Below, piece after piece: positions 44,223 to 54,703 of a DNA stretch of 64,000 bases. Below the pieces are notes generated by a model. It saw nothing but the letters and a program-made list of their open reading frames with translations. It searched no databases and was not told the origin of the DNA. Position 1 is the stretch's first letter, and every line of letters starts with the position of its first letter. The position numbers were made by a program, and so were the translations under genes. Origin of the DNA: Dictyostelium discoideum (taxonomy: Eukaryota); contig CM000155.2 in the NCBI GenBank assembly GCA_000004695.1, forward strand, positions 1,856,001 through 1,920,000, given 5' to 3'.

Positions 44223-44755
44223 AAATAAATTAGTTTAAGAAATATATATATATATATATTTTTTTTTTATCTCTGTCTCTCTCCTAAATAATTATAAAAA
44301 TTAAATAATTACCGAAGTGAAATATGATTATTATAGGTTTGAGGATGAATGGCAATAGATCTAGCTTTAATTGGTGGATTAAAGTTGATTGTAACAATTG
44401 AATTTCTATCTTTATTGGCATTGATTATTTCACCATTGTTATATTCAACCCAGTTTACATTATCAAGTGTGTATCTTAATTTGTATGAAGTTACCCATTG
44501 ATCATGATCACCACGACCTTGAGTTGAGATTGCAACGAAATGTTTAACAGAATCACTACCGGCAACAATGAATTGATTCTTATCCAAAACTGATGATGAC
44601 CATGATTCACTACCGTCGAATCTACTAGCATCCTTTGAATTTGAAAAATTTAAAATAGAATTCTTTACACCATGATCAGCATTATAATCAGTTGATGATC
44701 TTAAATTTAATAATGCATTAGCAAGACATGAAACAGAACCAGCTGGAACGGACAT
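43844..44755 (-). CDS. dscE: Discoidin family galactose-binding lectin, discoidin II-like (257 aa). Exons 44313..44755 and 43844..44174.
   Basis: MSVPAGSVSCLANALLNLRSSTDYN...GRGDHDQWVTSYKLRY...ARSIAIHPQTYNNHISLR | WELY...NITTKGFD... is collinear with discoidin I (DS domain then H-type lectin domain) but divergent. The 257-aa length fits discoidin II. Intron 44175..44312 (GTAATT..ATATAG, phase 2). Confidence 0.8.
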
Positions 44756-44865
44756 TTTGTTTTGTTTTGTTTTTTTTTAAAAAGAATTATATAAATAAAT
44801 TAAATACTAATAAAAGATGATTGTTTTGTTTATTGTTTCAATTGACAAAATAATTTTATTAAGTC

Positions 44866-44923
<58 letters not shown>

Positions 44924-45579
44924 AAAATAAATTAAAATAAATTAAAATCTAATTTAATTAAAAAAAAAGTTATTTGTAAACTGAGCATTATTAAAGGTGC
45001 TGTGTTTTGACTGTCTGTTTTTTAACTGATTGATGGGGTGAATTCATTTTTTTTTTTTTTTATGTTCATTGGGCAGTTTAAATTAATGTTGGGGTATAAA
45101 AATAAAAAAAAAAATGAAAAAAATTTTTTTATTTTTTGAAACCTAAAAAAGGGAAAAAAGCGGTTTTTTTTTTATTTTTTCTAAAAAAAATATCCAATGA
45201 GATTAAATTCATTTCTATCTTTTTTTTTTTATTACTTTTTTTTTTTGTTTTTTTTCAAAAATAAAAAATAAAAAATAAAAAATAAAAAATAAAATTTAAA
45301 TAATTATTATAATAATAATAAAAATATAAAACAAAGAATGGAAATAAAAATAAAATAAATAAAAATTAAAGTTTTAGATATAATATGAGTTTTTGGATTG
45401 TGGTAATTTCAATAATTAAATTGTTTTTGATTAAAATCTGGAAAAAAAAAAAAAAAAAAATTTCATTTTTTTATTTTTTATTTTTTTTTTTTTATTTTTA
45501 TTTTTATTTTTTTATTTTTTGAAAATTTTCATTCTATTCATTAATTTTAATTATCTTTTTGTAAGAAATAAAACGAGAA

Positions 45580-45820
45580 ATGAATATTGATTGGGATTCA
45601 ATTGAAAATTTAAAGAGAGCAGAATTACAAAAACTATGCAAAGATTTGAAATTAAATATAAAAGGTACATCAAAGAATACTGAATTAGTCACAGCATTAT
45701 TAGAATATAAAAATACATTAAACACCACCACTAAAGATGATGAACCACAACAACAACCACAACAACAGATTGAAAGTATAATAGATCATAATGATGATAA
45801 AAATGAAAATGAAAACACTG

Positions 45821-45884
<64 letters not shown>

Positions 45885-46678
45885 TGATGAACGAATGAAT
45901 ATAGATAATAAAGAAAATGAAGAACATGACGACAATAAAAATCAAACTGAAAAAGAAATCGAAACTGAAAAAGAAACTAAAAAAGAAAATGAAAATGAAA
46001 ATGATAAAGAAAATGAAAAAGAAAATGAAAAAGAAAATGAAAAAGAAAATGAAAAAGAAAATGAAAAAGAAAAGAAATTACTTGTACAAAATGAAAATGA
46101 AAATAAAAATAAAAATAATAATAAAATAGAAGAAGAAGAAGAAGAAAAAAATAAATTTATTGAACAACTTAAAATAAATGATGAAAAAAAAGAAATTGAA
46201 ATGGATAATGAAAATGAAAAAAATTCCCACACGTGTGTATTTTTTTAATATAAATTATTATTATGAATATATATATTTATATTTAAATAGCTAACACTTT
46301 TTTTTATTTTATAATAATTATAAATTTGGAAAAAAAAAAAATTATAATAATAGTGGACTTAAATTTAGAAATTATATACCAAAAGATCAAACATTTTTAA
46401 AATATAGAATTGAAAAAGCAGTAGTACCACCTATTGCTCAAGAATTAATGTCAAGATTAAAAGTTTTAGAAGAGAATCAAGATATTCAAATTTCTTTTGT
46501 ACCAAAAAAAGTAAATTGGGATTTAAAGAGAGATTGTTCAAAGAAATTATTAAAATTAGAAAAACAAACTGAAAAGGCAATTTATCAATTAATTAAACAA
46601 AAGTTAGGAAAAGAAGAAATTAATGAATCAAATATTTATTTATTAAATAAAAATATGGGAAAATTTAATTATCAATAA
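45580..46678 (+). CDS. SAP-domain plus Cwf18/CCDC12-like splicing-factor-family protein with an acidic K/E/N-rich linker. Exons 45580..46232 and 46354..46678 (325 aa).
   Basis: N-terminal LKRAELQKLCKDLKLNIKGTSKNTELVTALLEY (SAP motif). C-terminal LKFRNYIP...KVNWDLKRDCSKKLLKLEKQTEKAIYQLIKQKL matches the CCDC12/Cwf18 C-terminal signature (human KPDWDLKRDVAKKLEKLEKRTQRAIAELIRERL). Joined by a GTGTGT donor at 46233 and AATAATAG acceptor at 46353, phase 2; total length divisible by 3. Confidence 0.6.
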
Positions 46679-46912
46679 AATTTTTTTTTTTTTTTTTTTT
46701 TAAATTTATTTTTGGGAATTGATGAAATTCTTAAAATAAAACTTTTTTTGAATTTAATTTAAATTTATTTTATTTTATTAATTTTTAATTTTTTTTTTTT
46801 ATTTTTTTAATAATTTTTTATTTTATTAATTTTCTATTCACACCCTTTTTTTCATTTTTTTATTTTTTTTTTTTATTATTTTTATTATTTCTAAAATTTG
46901 TATTTTTATAAA

Positions 46913-47686
46913 ATGTCAACACCAACAAAATCATCAGGAGGTGGTAGAACTTATTGGTCTGATAATGAAGAAAATTATTTAAGAGAACAATATTTTCAAA
47001 TGAAAAAGAATGGAGAGAGAATTAATCATATAAAACTTTGTGACTTAATAAACAAAAAGTTTCATTCTGGTTCATCAATTCGTACTGCACAAGCAATAAA
47101 AAATAAATCACATGTTTTAGGTATTACAACACCAACATCAACACCAAATTCAACACCAACATCAACACCAAATTCAACACCAACAAAAAAAGAATATGAA
47201 AAAGGTATAGAAGTTAAAAAACCAGTTATTCAAAATATTAAAAATGTTGGTGATATTAATAATCAAGAAGATGAAGATGATGATGAAGATGAAGATGATG
47301 ATGATAATGATACCCAAACTGATGAAGAAGAAAGTGATAATGGAGAAGAGGAGGAATATTATGATGACCAAGAAGATTATGAATTTGAAATTAATGAAGA
47401 TGAGTTCAATCAAGTTAAAAATGAAAAAGAAAATGAAAAGGAGAAATCAGCTAAAAAAGTTTCACAAACAACCTCTGTTTCAATCTCAAATATGGATAAT
47501 AGAAATAGTGTACCTTTTCAAATTGAACTTCAAATCCCTTCAAAAACAAAAACAACATCAACAAAAACAAAAACAACAAAAACAACAACAAAAAGAGATG
47601 TAATATTATCAGAAATGGATTATCTAAAAAAAAGATTAGATTATTTGGATGAAAAATTGAAAAATTTAGATTTAAACTGTAAATAA
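46913..47686 (+). CDS. Myb/SANT-like domain protein with an acidic D/E tract and a conserved C-terminal YLKKRLDYLDEKLKNL motif (paralog A)
   Basis: MSTPTKSSGGGRTYWSDNEENYLREQYFQMKKNGERINHIKLCDLINKKFHSGSSIRTAQAIKNKSH is Myb-like. The track start at 46898 is a TTG. Confidence 0.6.
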   Translation: MSTPTKSSGGGRTYWSDNEENYLREQYFQMKKNGERINHIKLCDLINKKFHSGSSIRTAQAIKNKSHVLGITTPTSTPNSTPTSTPNSTPTKKEYEKGIEVKKPVIQNIKNVGDINNQEDEDDDEDEDDDDNDTQTDEEESDNGEEEEYYDDQEDYEFEINEDEFNQVKNEKENEKEKSAKKVSQTTSVSISNMDNRNSVPFQIELQIPSKTKTTSTKTKTTKTTTKRDVILSEMDYLKKRLDYLDEKLKNLDLNCK

Positions 47687-47937
47687 AATAAAATGAAATA
47701 AAAAAAAAGATATTATTTGCAATAAAATTAAATAATTTTTAAAATATAAATAAAATTAAAAAAAAAAAAAAAAAAAAAATTTACCCTTTGTTTTTATTAT
47801 TTTCCTGAATCGGAAACAAAAAACCAAAACAGGAATTTATCGATCAATCATTAAAAAGAGTAAAAATGAAAACTAAAAAAAAAAAATTAAATCAATTTGA
47901 ATTCCTTTTTTGGTTTATAATAATCTCATCCAAACCT

Positions 47938-47973
<36 letters not shown>

Positions 47974-48469
47974 GTAAAAAAGAAAAATTTTCTTTTTTAT
48001 TTTTCATTCATTAAAATTAATTCTAACAAAACAAATAATAAAAAAAATAAAAAAATAAACAATTACACAATGTATTAAAAAAAAAAAAAAACACAATTAC
48101 ATTATATTTATGAGTTAAAATAGTATTGTGAAAAAAAAAAAAAGTAAATTTTTTATAAAACATTATTTAAAATAATACTAATTGTTTTTTTTTATTTTTT
48201 TATTATTATTTATAAGAACAACTGAATTCCAAAAGTTCAAAGAAGATACACAATAATATTTGCTAATTATTCTTTATTTCAATTTAATATTATTTTTTTT
48301 TTTCAATTTCTTTTTATGTTTAATTAGAGGGTTTAAAGAGTATTACAAAGATTTTTACTCCAATGTATCATAATTGGAGGGGCATCATAGGTATAATAAT
48401 TTTTTTTCAACTTTTTAAATGATAAACAAAATAAAATCGATTAATTTCAATTTTATTTTAATCTTTTTG

Positions 48470-48683
48470 AATTGATTTAAAATTTTGTATTCTGGAGTTG
48501 TCCTTCTTTTACATTTTCATTGTACGCAGGGTGGTTTGAAGCCTTATCTTTCACATATGCAATGAAGCATCATTAGTAGGTGATCGTGCTGTAATCAGTT
48601 TAAGTGGGCAAAGTTGGGGAGTCAGACATGCCTCTCATCCTAATCGAGGAAACGACCGACCACTCCTCATTTACATTCTTTTT
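48470..48683 (+). ncRNA. Candidate small structured RNA (Pol III-type). A compositionally anomalous island of about 40% G+C, ending in a TTTTT run at 48679..48683.
   Basis: No ORF on either strand. Contains GGGTGGTTTGAAGCC and GTGCTGTAATCAGT motifs reminiscent of SRP-RNA Alu-domain elements (GGUGG, UGUAAUC), and CGAGGAAACGACC. Confidence 0.25.
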
Positions 48684-49791
48684 GAAAAAAAAAAGAAACT
48701 TCCAACATGTAGTATTAATTTATTATGTCAAGAGTTCGAAGGTAAATGTGCTAATTAGAATATTGTAATTCCTGGGTATTATCTCTTTTCAAAATCATAA
48801 AAAAAAAAAAAAAAAAAAAAAAAAATTAAAAAAAAAGAAAATTAATCAACCACCATTCTCTCTGCCTCTTATATGTAAAAAAAAAAAAACAACAACTCAA
48901 TCAATATGAAAATCAATCATTTTAAATATTGTCGTAATGAATGTTGTTTTTTAAATACTATAACACTTTTGTTTTTCACAAATTAGAATAATGTCACCTT
49001 CAAAAAAAAAGTAAGTATTTTTAATTTTTTTTTTTTTTTTTTAATAACTACGATTTACTGAAACTATAATAATTTTTAAAAATTCAAAATACCTTTTGTC
49101 ACATTAATGTTATTATATAGGCGAAGTGTGTTCTCAAACTCAAAAATAAAAAAATAAAAATCATTTCAAAGGTGTTTTTAACTATATACAGTCAATTAGT
49201 TCCTAAAACTTAGTTTCCAATAGTTTGGAATTTAAATTAAAAAATCTTTCAAAAAAAATTCTAATCAATTTTTAAATAAAAAACACTTTTAAACTGATTC
49301 ATCAAAATAATTTTTTTTCTTTTCTCTTTCTCTTTTCTCTTCTCTTTTAAAAGTATTAAAAATAATAACAGTATTAATAATAATAATAATGGTATTGCAA
49401 TAAAAAAAAAAAAAAGTTGAATATAAAAAAAGAGATATAAAATTTTTTTTTTTTTTTTTAATTTTTGGTGAAAAGCAGATAAAATCAGATTTATTTTATT
49501 TTTCTTTTCGGGCCAATATTGTAATTTGATTATTTTTTTAAAAAATTTCTTAAATTTTTACAAAATTTTTTAGAAAATTTCTTAAATTTTTAGAAATTTT
49601 TTTAAATAATATCTTGTTTGTAATTCTTTTTATAAATAATACTTTTTTTTTTTATTTTTTTTTATAAATTAAAAGAGCTCACAAATTTATTTTTCTCATT
49701 TATAATTTAACTTGGTATATAAATATTTTTTTCACATATTTTGTTTCTATTAATAATCTTATTTTTTATTTTTTATTTTTTTTTTTTGAAA

Positions 49792-50403
49792 ATGGCTAAA
49801 CCATGGTTAGATGAAGAAACCGAATATCTTAAGGAACTTTATTATCATCATTACCAAAAGAATAAAAAAGAAAAGATCAATTGTAACAAAATTACACAAT
49901 TAGTTAATGAAAGATTTGCAAATGATCGTTCACCCCAAGCAATTAAAGACAAGGCACATAGGTTAAAAATTTCCAAGAAATATGCAACTAAAACTGATAA
50001 TGATTATGATGATTATGATGATGATGATGATGATGATGATAATGATAATGATTATGATGGTAGAGATAATAATGAAGATTCTCAAAAAATAGGAAAAATT
50101 AACTTTGATGATCAAAATGTTAATGTTAAAGAAGAGATCTACCAACAACCTGTTAAAACAACAATCTCAGTATCAATCTTGGATGATAATAATAATAAAA
50201 ATAATAAAAATGAAAATTCAGTTCAAACAATAACAACAACAACAACAAAAAAACCAGAAATAGATACACCACCAATAACAAATGCAACTACAACAACAAA
50301 AAATTTAAAAAAATTAAAAAAAGATTCAATTGAAGTTGAAATTAAATATTTGAAAAAAAGGTTAGATTATTTAACAGAAAAATTGAATAATTTAGAAATT
50401 TAA
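49792..50403 (+). CDS. Myb/SANT-like domain protein, paralog B of 46913..47686 (acidic D/Y tract, C-terminal IKYLKKRLDYLTEKLNNL)
   Basis: MAKPWLDEETEYLKELYYHHYQKNKKEKINCNKITQLVNERFANDRSPQAIKDKAHRL. Same architecture and C-terminal motif as paralog A, 2.9 kb away on the same strand. Confidence 0.6.
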   Translation: MAKPWLDEETEYLKELYYHHYQKNKKEKINCNKITQLVNERFANDRSPQAIKDKAHRLKISKKYATKTDNDYDDYDDDDDDDDNDNDYDGRDNNEDSQKIGKINFDDQNVNVKEEIYQQPVKTTISVSILDDNNNKNNKNENSVQTITTTTTKKPEIDTPPITNATTTTKNLKKLKKDSIEVEIKYLKKRLDYLTEKLNNLEI

Positions 50404-50692
50404 AAATTAATCATATTAAAATATCTAAAAATAAAAATATTTGGTTTAGATATTTTTTATTTTTTATTTTTTATTTTAACATTTTTTATTTTTTAATTTT
50501 TTTTTTTTAATTTTTTTTTTATTTTTTTTTTTATTAAAACACACACCTCATAATGATTCATAGACAAAAAAAAAAAAAAACAAAAAAACAAAATTAAAAA
50601 AAAAAAAATTGTGTTTTAAAGTTCATTGTTTACATTCTTTAAAAAGAATAAAAACATACACACAATATCTCTAATAGAGATAACAACAAAAT

Positions 50693-52964
50693 ATGTTAAC
50701 TATTAAAAGATTACTTTTAAATCAAAACCTATTTAAAAGTAGTTGTAATTCCACAGGTATCATTTCAATTAATTACAATAGTAATAATAAAATTTGTTTT
50801 TTCAGTTCTTCTTCAACATTAATAAATAAAACTAATGAAATTTTAGATATTGAAGATAATAATAATAATAATAATGAAATATCATCATCACCATTATTTT
50901 TAAAAGAAACAATTAAAGAATTTAAATTAAAAAAAGAATTTATTGAAAAGTATTCAAAAAAGAAAGCACCATTTGGATTTGGAGTATTGGGTGAGATTGT
51001 ATATAGAAGAAGTTATTCGAGAGTTAAAGAGGATAATACAAATGAACAATGGTTTGAAACCGTTGAGAGAGTTGTAAATGGTACATATAATATTCAAAGG
51101 AAATGGATAGAAAGACATGGTTTAGAATGGAATCAAAATAAAGCTCAAAAATCTGCACAAGAAATGTATAATCGTATATTTGAAATGAAGTTTTTACCAC
51201 CTGGTAGAGGTTTATATTCTTGTGGTTCTTCAACTACTGAATCAAAAGGTTTATTCGCTGCTTTAAATAATTGTGCTTTCGTTAGTACATTAGATATTAA
51301 AAAGAATCCTTCAAAACCATTTATATTCTTAATGGATGCTTCAATGTTAGGTGTTGGTGTTGGGTTCGATACAAAAGGTGAAAATTCAATTATAATTAAA
51401 GGTCAATTACCACCACCACCACCACAACAACAACCACAACAACAACAACAACAACATGGTCAAAATAATAATATATTTATTGTACCAGATAGTAGAGAAG
51501 GTTGGGTAGAATCAGTTCAATTATTATTAGATTCATACTTTTTAAAAAGGAATAATCCAATATTTGATTATAGTTCAATTAGAAAAAAAGGTGAACCAAT
51601 TAAAGGATTTGGAGGAGTTTGTTGTGGTTATGAACCTTTAAAAGAATTACATGATGAAATTAGAGCTTTATTGAATAAATGTATTGGTAAACCAATTAGT
51701 TCAACAAATATTGTGGATTTAATGAATTTAATTGGAAAATGTGTTGTATCTGGTAATGTTCGACAAGCTGCAGAGATTGCATTTGGTGATCCAAATTCTC
51801 AAGAGTATATAGATTTAAAAAACTATCAAATCAATCCACAACGTGCTTCATTTGGTTGGTGTAGTAATAATAGTGTATTTGCAGAACTAGGTATGGATTA
51901 TTCAAAAGTTTGTCAAAGTATACTTCATAATGGTGAGCCTGGTTTAGCATGGTTGGATAATATGAAAGCGTATAGCAGAATGGTGCCAACCGAATTGGAT
52001 TATAAAGATCGTAGAGCAATGGGTGGCAACCCATGTTTAGAGCAAACTTTAGAATCTTATGAACTTTGCTGTCTAGTTGAAACGTTTCCCAACAATCACG
52101 AGAGTTTAGAAGACTATTTAAAAACTTTGAAATACGCATTCCTATATGCCAAAACCGTTACACTCGGTTCCACCCAATGGCCCGATACCAATAAGGTACT
52201 GCTCCGTAATAGAAGAATCGGATGCTCCATGAGTGGTATAGCACAGTTCATTCATTTCAATGGGTTGCATCAACTTAAGGATTGGTGTGTCAATGGTTTC
52301 AAGCTTTTGAATGAATTGGATGAGAAGTATTCCGAGTGGTTGGCAATACCGAAATCAATAAAGAGAACATCGATTAAACCAAGTGGCACTGTGTCGTTGT
52401 TGGCTGGTGCCACACCTGGCATGCATTATCCGATATCTGAATATTACATTAGACGTATAAGAATTCAAAAAGAGAGTAACCTAATTCCACCATTGGTAGA
52501 AGCCGGCTACCATGTTGAGCCAGCCTTTGAGAATAGTACCAATGTTGTAGTTGAAATACCCATTCATTCAGGTAAAGGTATTAGATCTGCAAATTCAATA
52601 ACAATGTGGGAACAATTATCATTAGCTTCTTTTCTTCAAAAATATTGGGCTGATAATCAAGTGAGTTGTACAGTCTCTTTTGATCCAATTAAAGAGGGTC
52701 CACAATTAAAACATGCCTTAGATTACTTTCAATATCAATTAAAAGGTGTATCATTTTTACCAAATTCTTCAACAACTACATCTGTTTATAAACAAATGCC
52801 TTATGAAGAAATTGATGAAACTCGTTACAACCAAATCATTGCTAACCTAAAACCTGTTGATTTTCAAAAGTTAAATAATTCCCCTTTAGAGCCTACTCCT
52901 GATAAATTTTGTGATTCTTCAAGTTGTACAATTGTTTCTGATAATTCTGAAACACTTAATAATT

Positions 52965-52969
<5 letters not shown>
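50693..52969 (+). CDS. rtpR: Adenosylcobalamin-dependent ribonucleoside-triphosphate reductase (class II RNR, monomeric Lactobacillus leichmannii type), single exon, 758 aa, with a presequence-like N-terminal extension
   Basis: ...FLPPGRGLYSCG...CLEQTLESYELCCLVETFPN...GCSMSGIAQF...SGTVSLLAGATPGMHYP...VSCTVSF... is collinear with RTPR. Dictyostelium is known to carry a class II RNR of bacterial origin. Confidence 0.85.
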
Positions 52970-53011
<42 letters not shown>

Positions 53012-53440
53012 TAAAAATAAAAAACTCGATAATTTCCAAAAATTATTATAATATTAGATGGAATAATAGTGATTCTTATTTTGGTAATTTACATCATCAA
53101 TTTTTTTAATTTTAATGAATTTATTTTTTTATCTTAAATAAATTTTAACTTTTATTATTAAATAATTAAGTTTTTATAAAAATTTTTATTTACATAAATC
53201 TTTAAATTATTAAATTTGATTTATATCTTATCAAATCTATTATTTATTTATTTAACTATTATTTTCATTTCTAAAAAAAAATGGATGGCGGTCCGATCAC
53301 AGTTGTAATGAAACTCTTTGGCTTTCATTACAAATTATAATATAATAATATTCAAATAAATAATTAATAATAAATAATAAATAATATTATATCTCTATAT
53401 AATATTATATGTAATAAAGTTTACTGTGTGTTCAAGGTCA

Positions 53441-53910
53441 CAAATATAAAAAAATATTGTAAGTATTTCACAGAAGTTTTTTTTTTGAATTGGATAACGC
53501 AATTATTATTTGCTTCTCCTTGAGATGCTAGATCTCATTTTATTTTATTTTTTTTTTGTTTACAGGGTCTCTAAAAGAGGGGTTGGTTTACCTTTTTTTT
53601 TTTTTTTTTTTTTTTTGTTTCGAATTTTGAATTGTATTATTACTTTTGATTAAAACATCTTTTTTGTCCAAACTTTTTTCTAAATCTTTTTTTATTTTAT
53701 CGTCTGGTTCGTGATTGATGTTTATGACGTATTTGAATTGTTTTTTTTTTAATTGAGTTTTATCCACAATTTCGCTTATTTTTTGTAGGCATTTGTGTTG
53801 CTTAATATTTATGGTGTTGTTTGTGATTTTCATCTTATTTTCTTTCTATTTTTTTTATTTTTCTTTAAAAAGTTAAAAATCTGGAAATTTTCTGATTAAC
53901 TTGGGTTCCC

Positions 53911-53970
<60 letters not shown>

Positions 53971-54340
53971 AAAAATGAAATAATCAAAAAAAGAGATTAT
54001 TTGTTTTTTTCATTTCACAGAAGTTTTTTTTTTTTTTGAATTGGATAACGCAATTATTATTTGCTTCTCCTTGAGATGCTAGATCTCATTTTATTTTTTT
54101 TTTTTTTTTTACAGGGTCTTTTTGATTAAAACATCTTTTTTGTCCAAACTTTTTTCTAAATCTTTTTTTATTTTATCGTCTGGGTCGTGATTGATGTTTA
54201 TGACGTATTTGAATTGTTTTTTTTTTAATTGAGTTTTATCCACAATTTCGCTTATTTTTTGTAGGCATTTGTGTTGCTTAATATTTGTGGGGGTGGTTGG
54301 GATTTTCCATTTATTTTCCTTCCATCCTTTTTATTTTTTG
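53441..54340 (-). mobile_element. Two truncated/rearranged TRE5-A copies. Each has the ORF1 5' end (about 170-215 bp), B-module-like sequence and a poly(T) tract, each flanked by a shared unique piece P (CACAGAAGTTTTTT..GAATTGGATAACGCAATTATTATTTGCTTCTCCTTGAGATGCTAGATCTCATTTTATTTT).
   Basis: 53621..53833 and 54121..54290 are near-identical to 55826..56038 (ORF1 N terminus MKITNNT(I/T)NIKQHKCLQK...). Poly(T) tracts at 53591..53620 and 53918..53976 mirror 56118..56166. Confidence 0.55.
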
Positions 54341-54351
54341 GAATAACCTGG

Positions 54352-54407
<56 letters not shown>

Positions 54408-54703
54408 TTATAGAAAGTACTGAGTGAATTATTGTATTTTTTGAGATGTTTAGGAAGTTCTATTGCGGGTGTTGATGATGATTTGTGACACCCCTTGTCC
54501 TGTTTTATCAATTGGTGCGTGGTGTGTTATTTTGTTTTTATATTGTTGATTTATTGAGTAAATTTTATTTGTTTTTATATTTGTTTCAGTTAGAAGTGCT
54601 GCGTCCAGCTTGTTGTTGTCTAAAACGGTGTTTATTATGCTGGCAGATTGGATGGTGTTGGATCCTTGGACGTTCCAAACACCTATTCTTATTGTGTTTT
54701 TCT

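Noticed and set aside
45718-46232. Minus-strand ORFs 45718..45945 and 45942..46232, and plus-strand ORF 45917..46129
   Set aside because: They are off-frame or antisense translations of the (AAT)n and (GAAAATGAAAAA)n repeats of the SAP-Cwf18 gene.
47174-47603. ORFs 47174..47413 (-) and 47244..47603 (+) overlapping Myb-like paralog A
   Set aside because: They are off-frame or antisense products of the (GAAGATGAT)n acidic-tract repeat.
53588-53833. ORF 53588..53833 (81 aa) as an independent gene
   Set aside because: It is the 5'-truncated-copy N terminus of TRE5-A ORF1, identical over about 67 aa to 54704..56038, running into a poly(A) translation (KKKKKKR).
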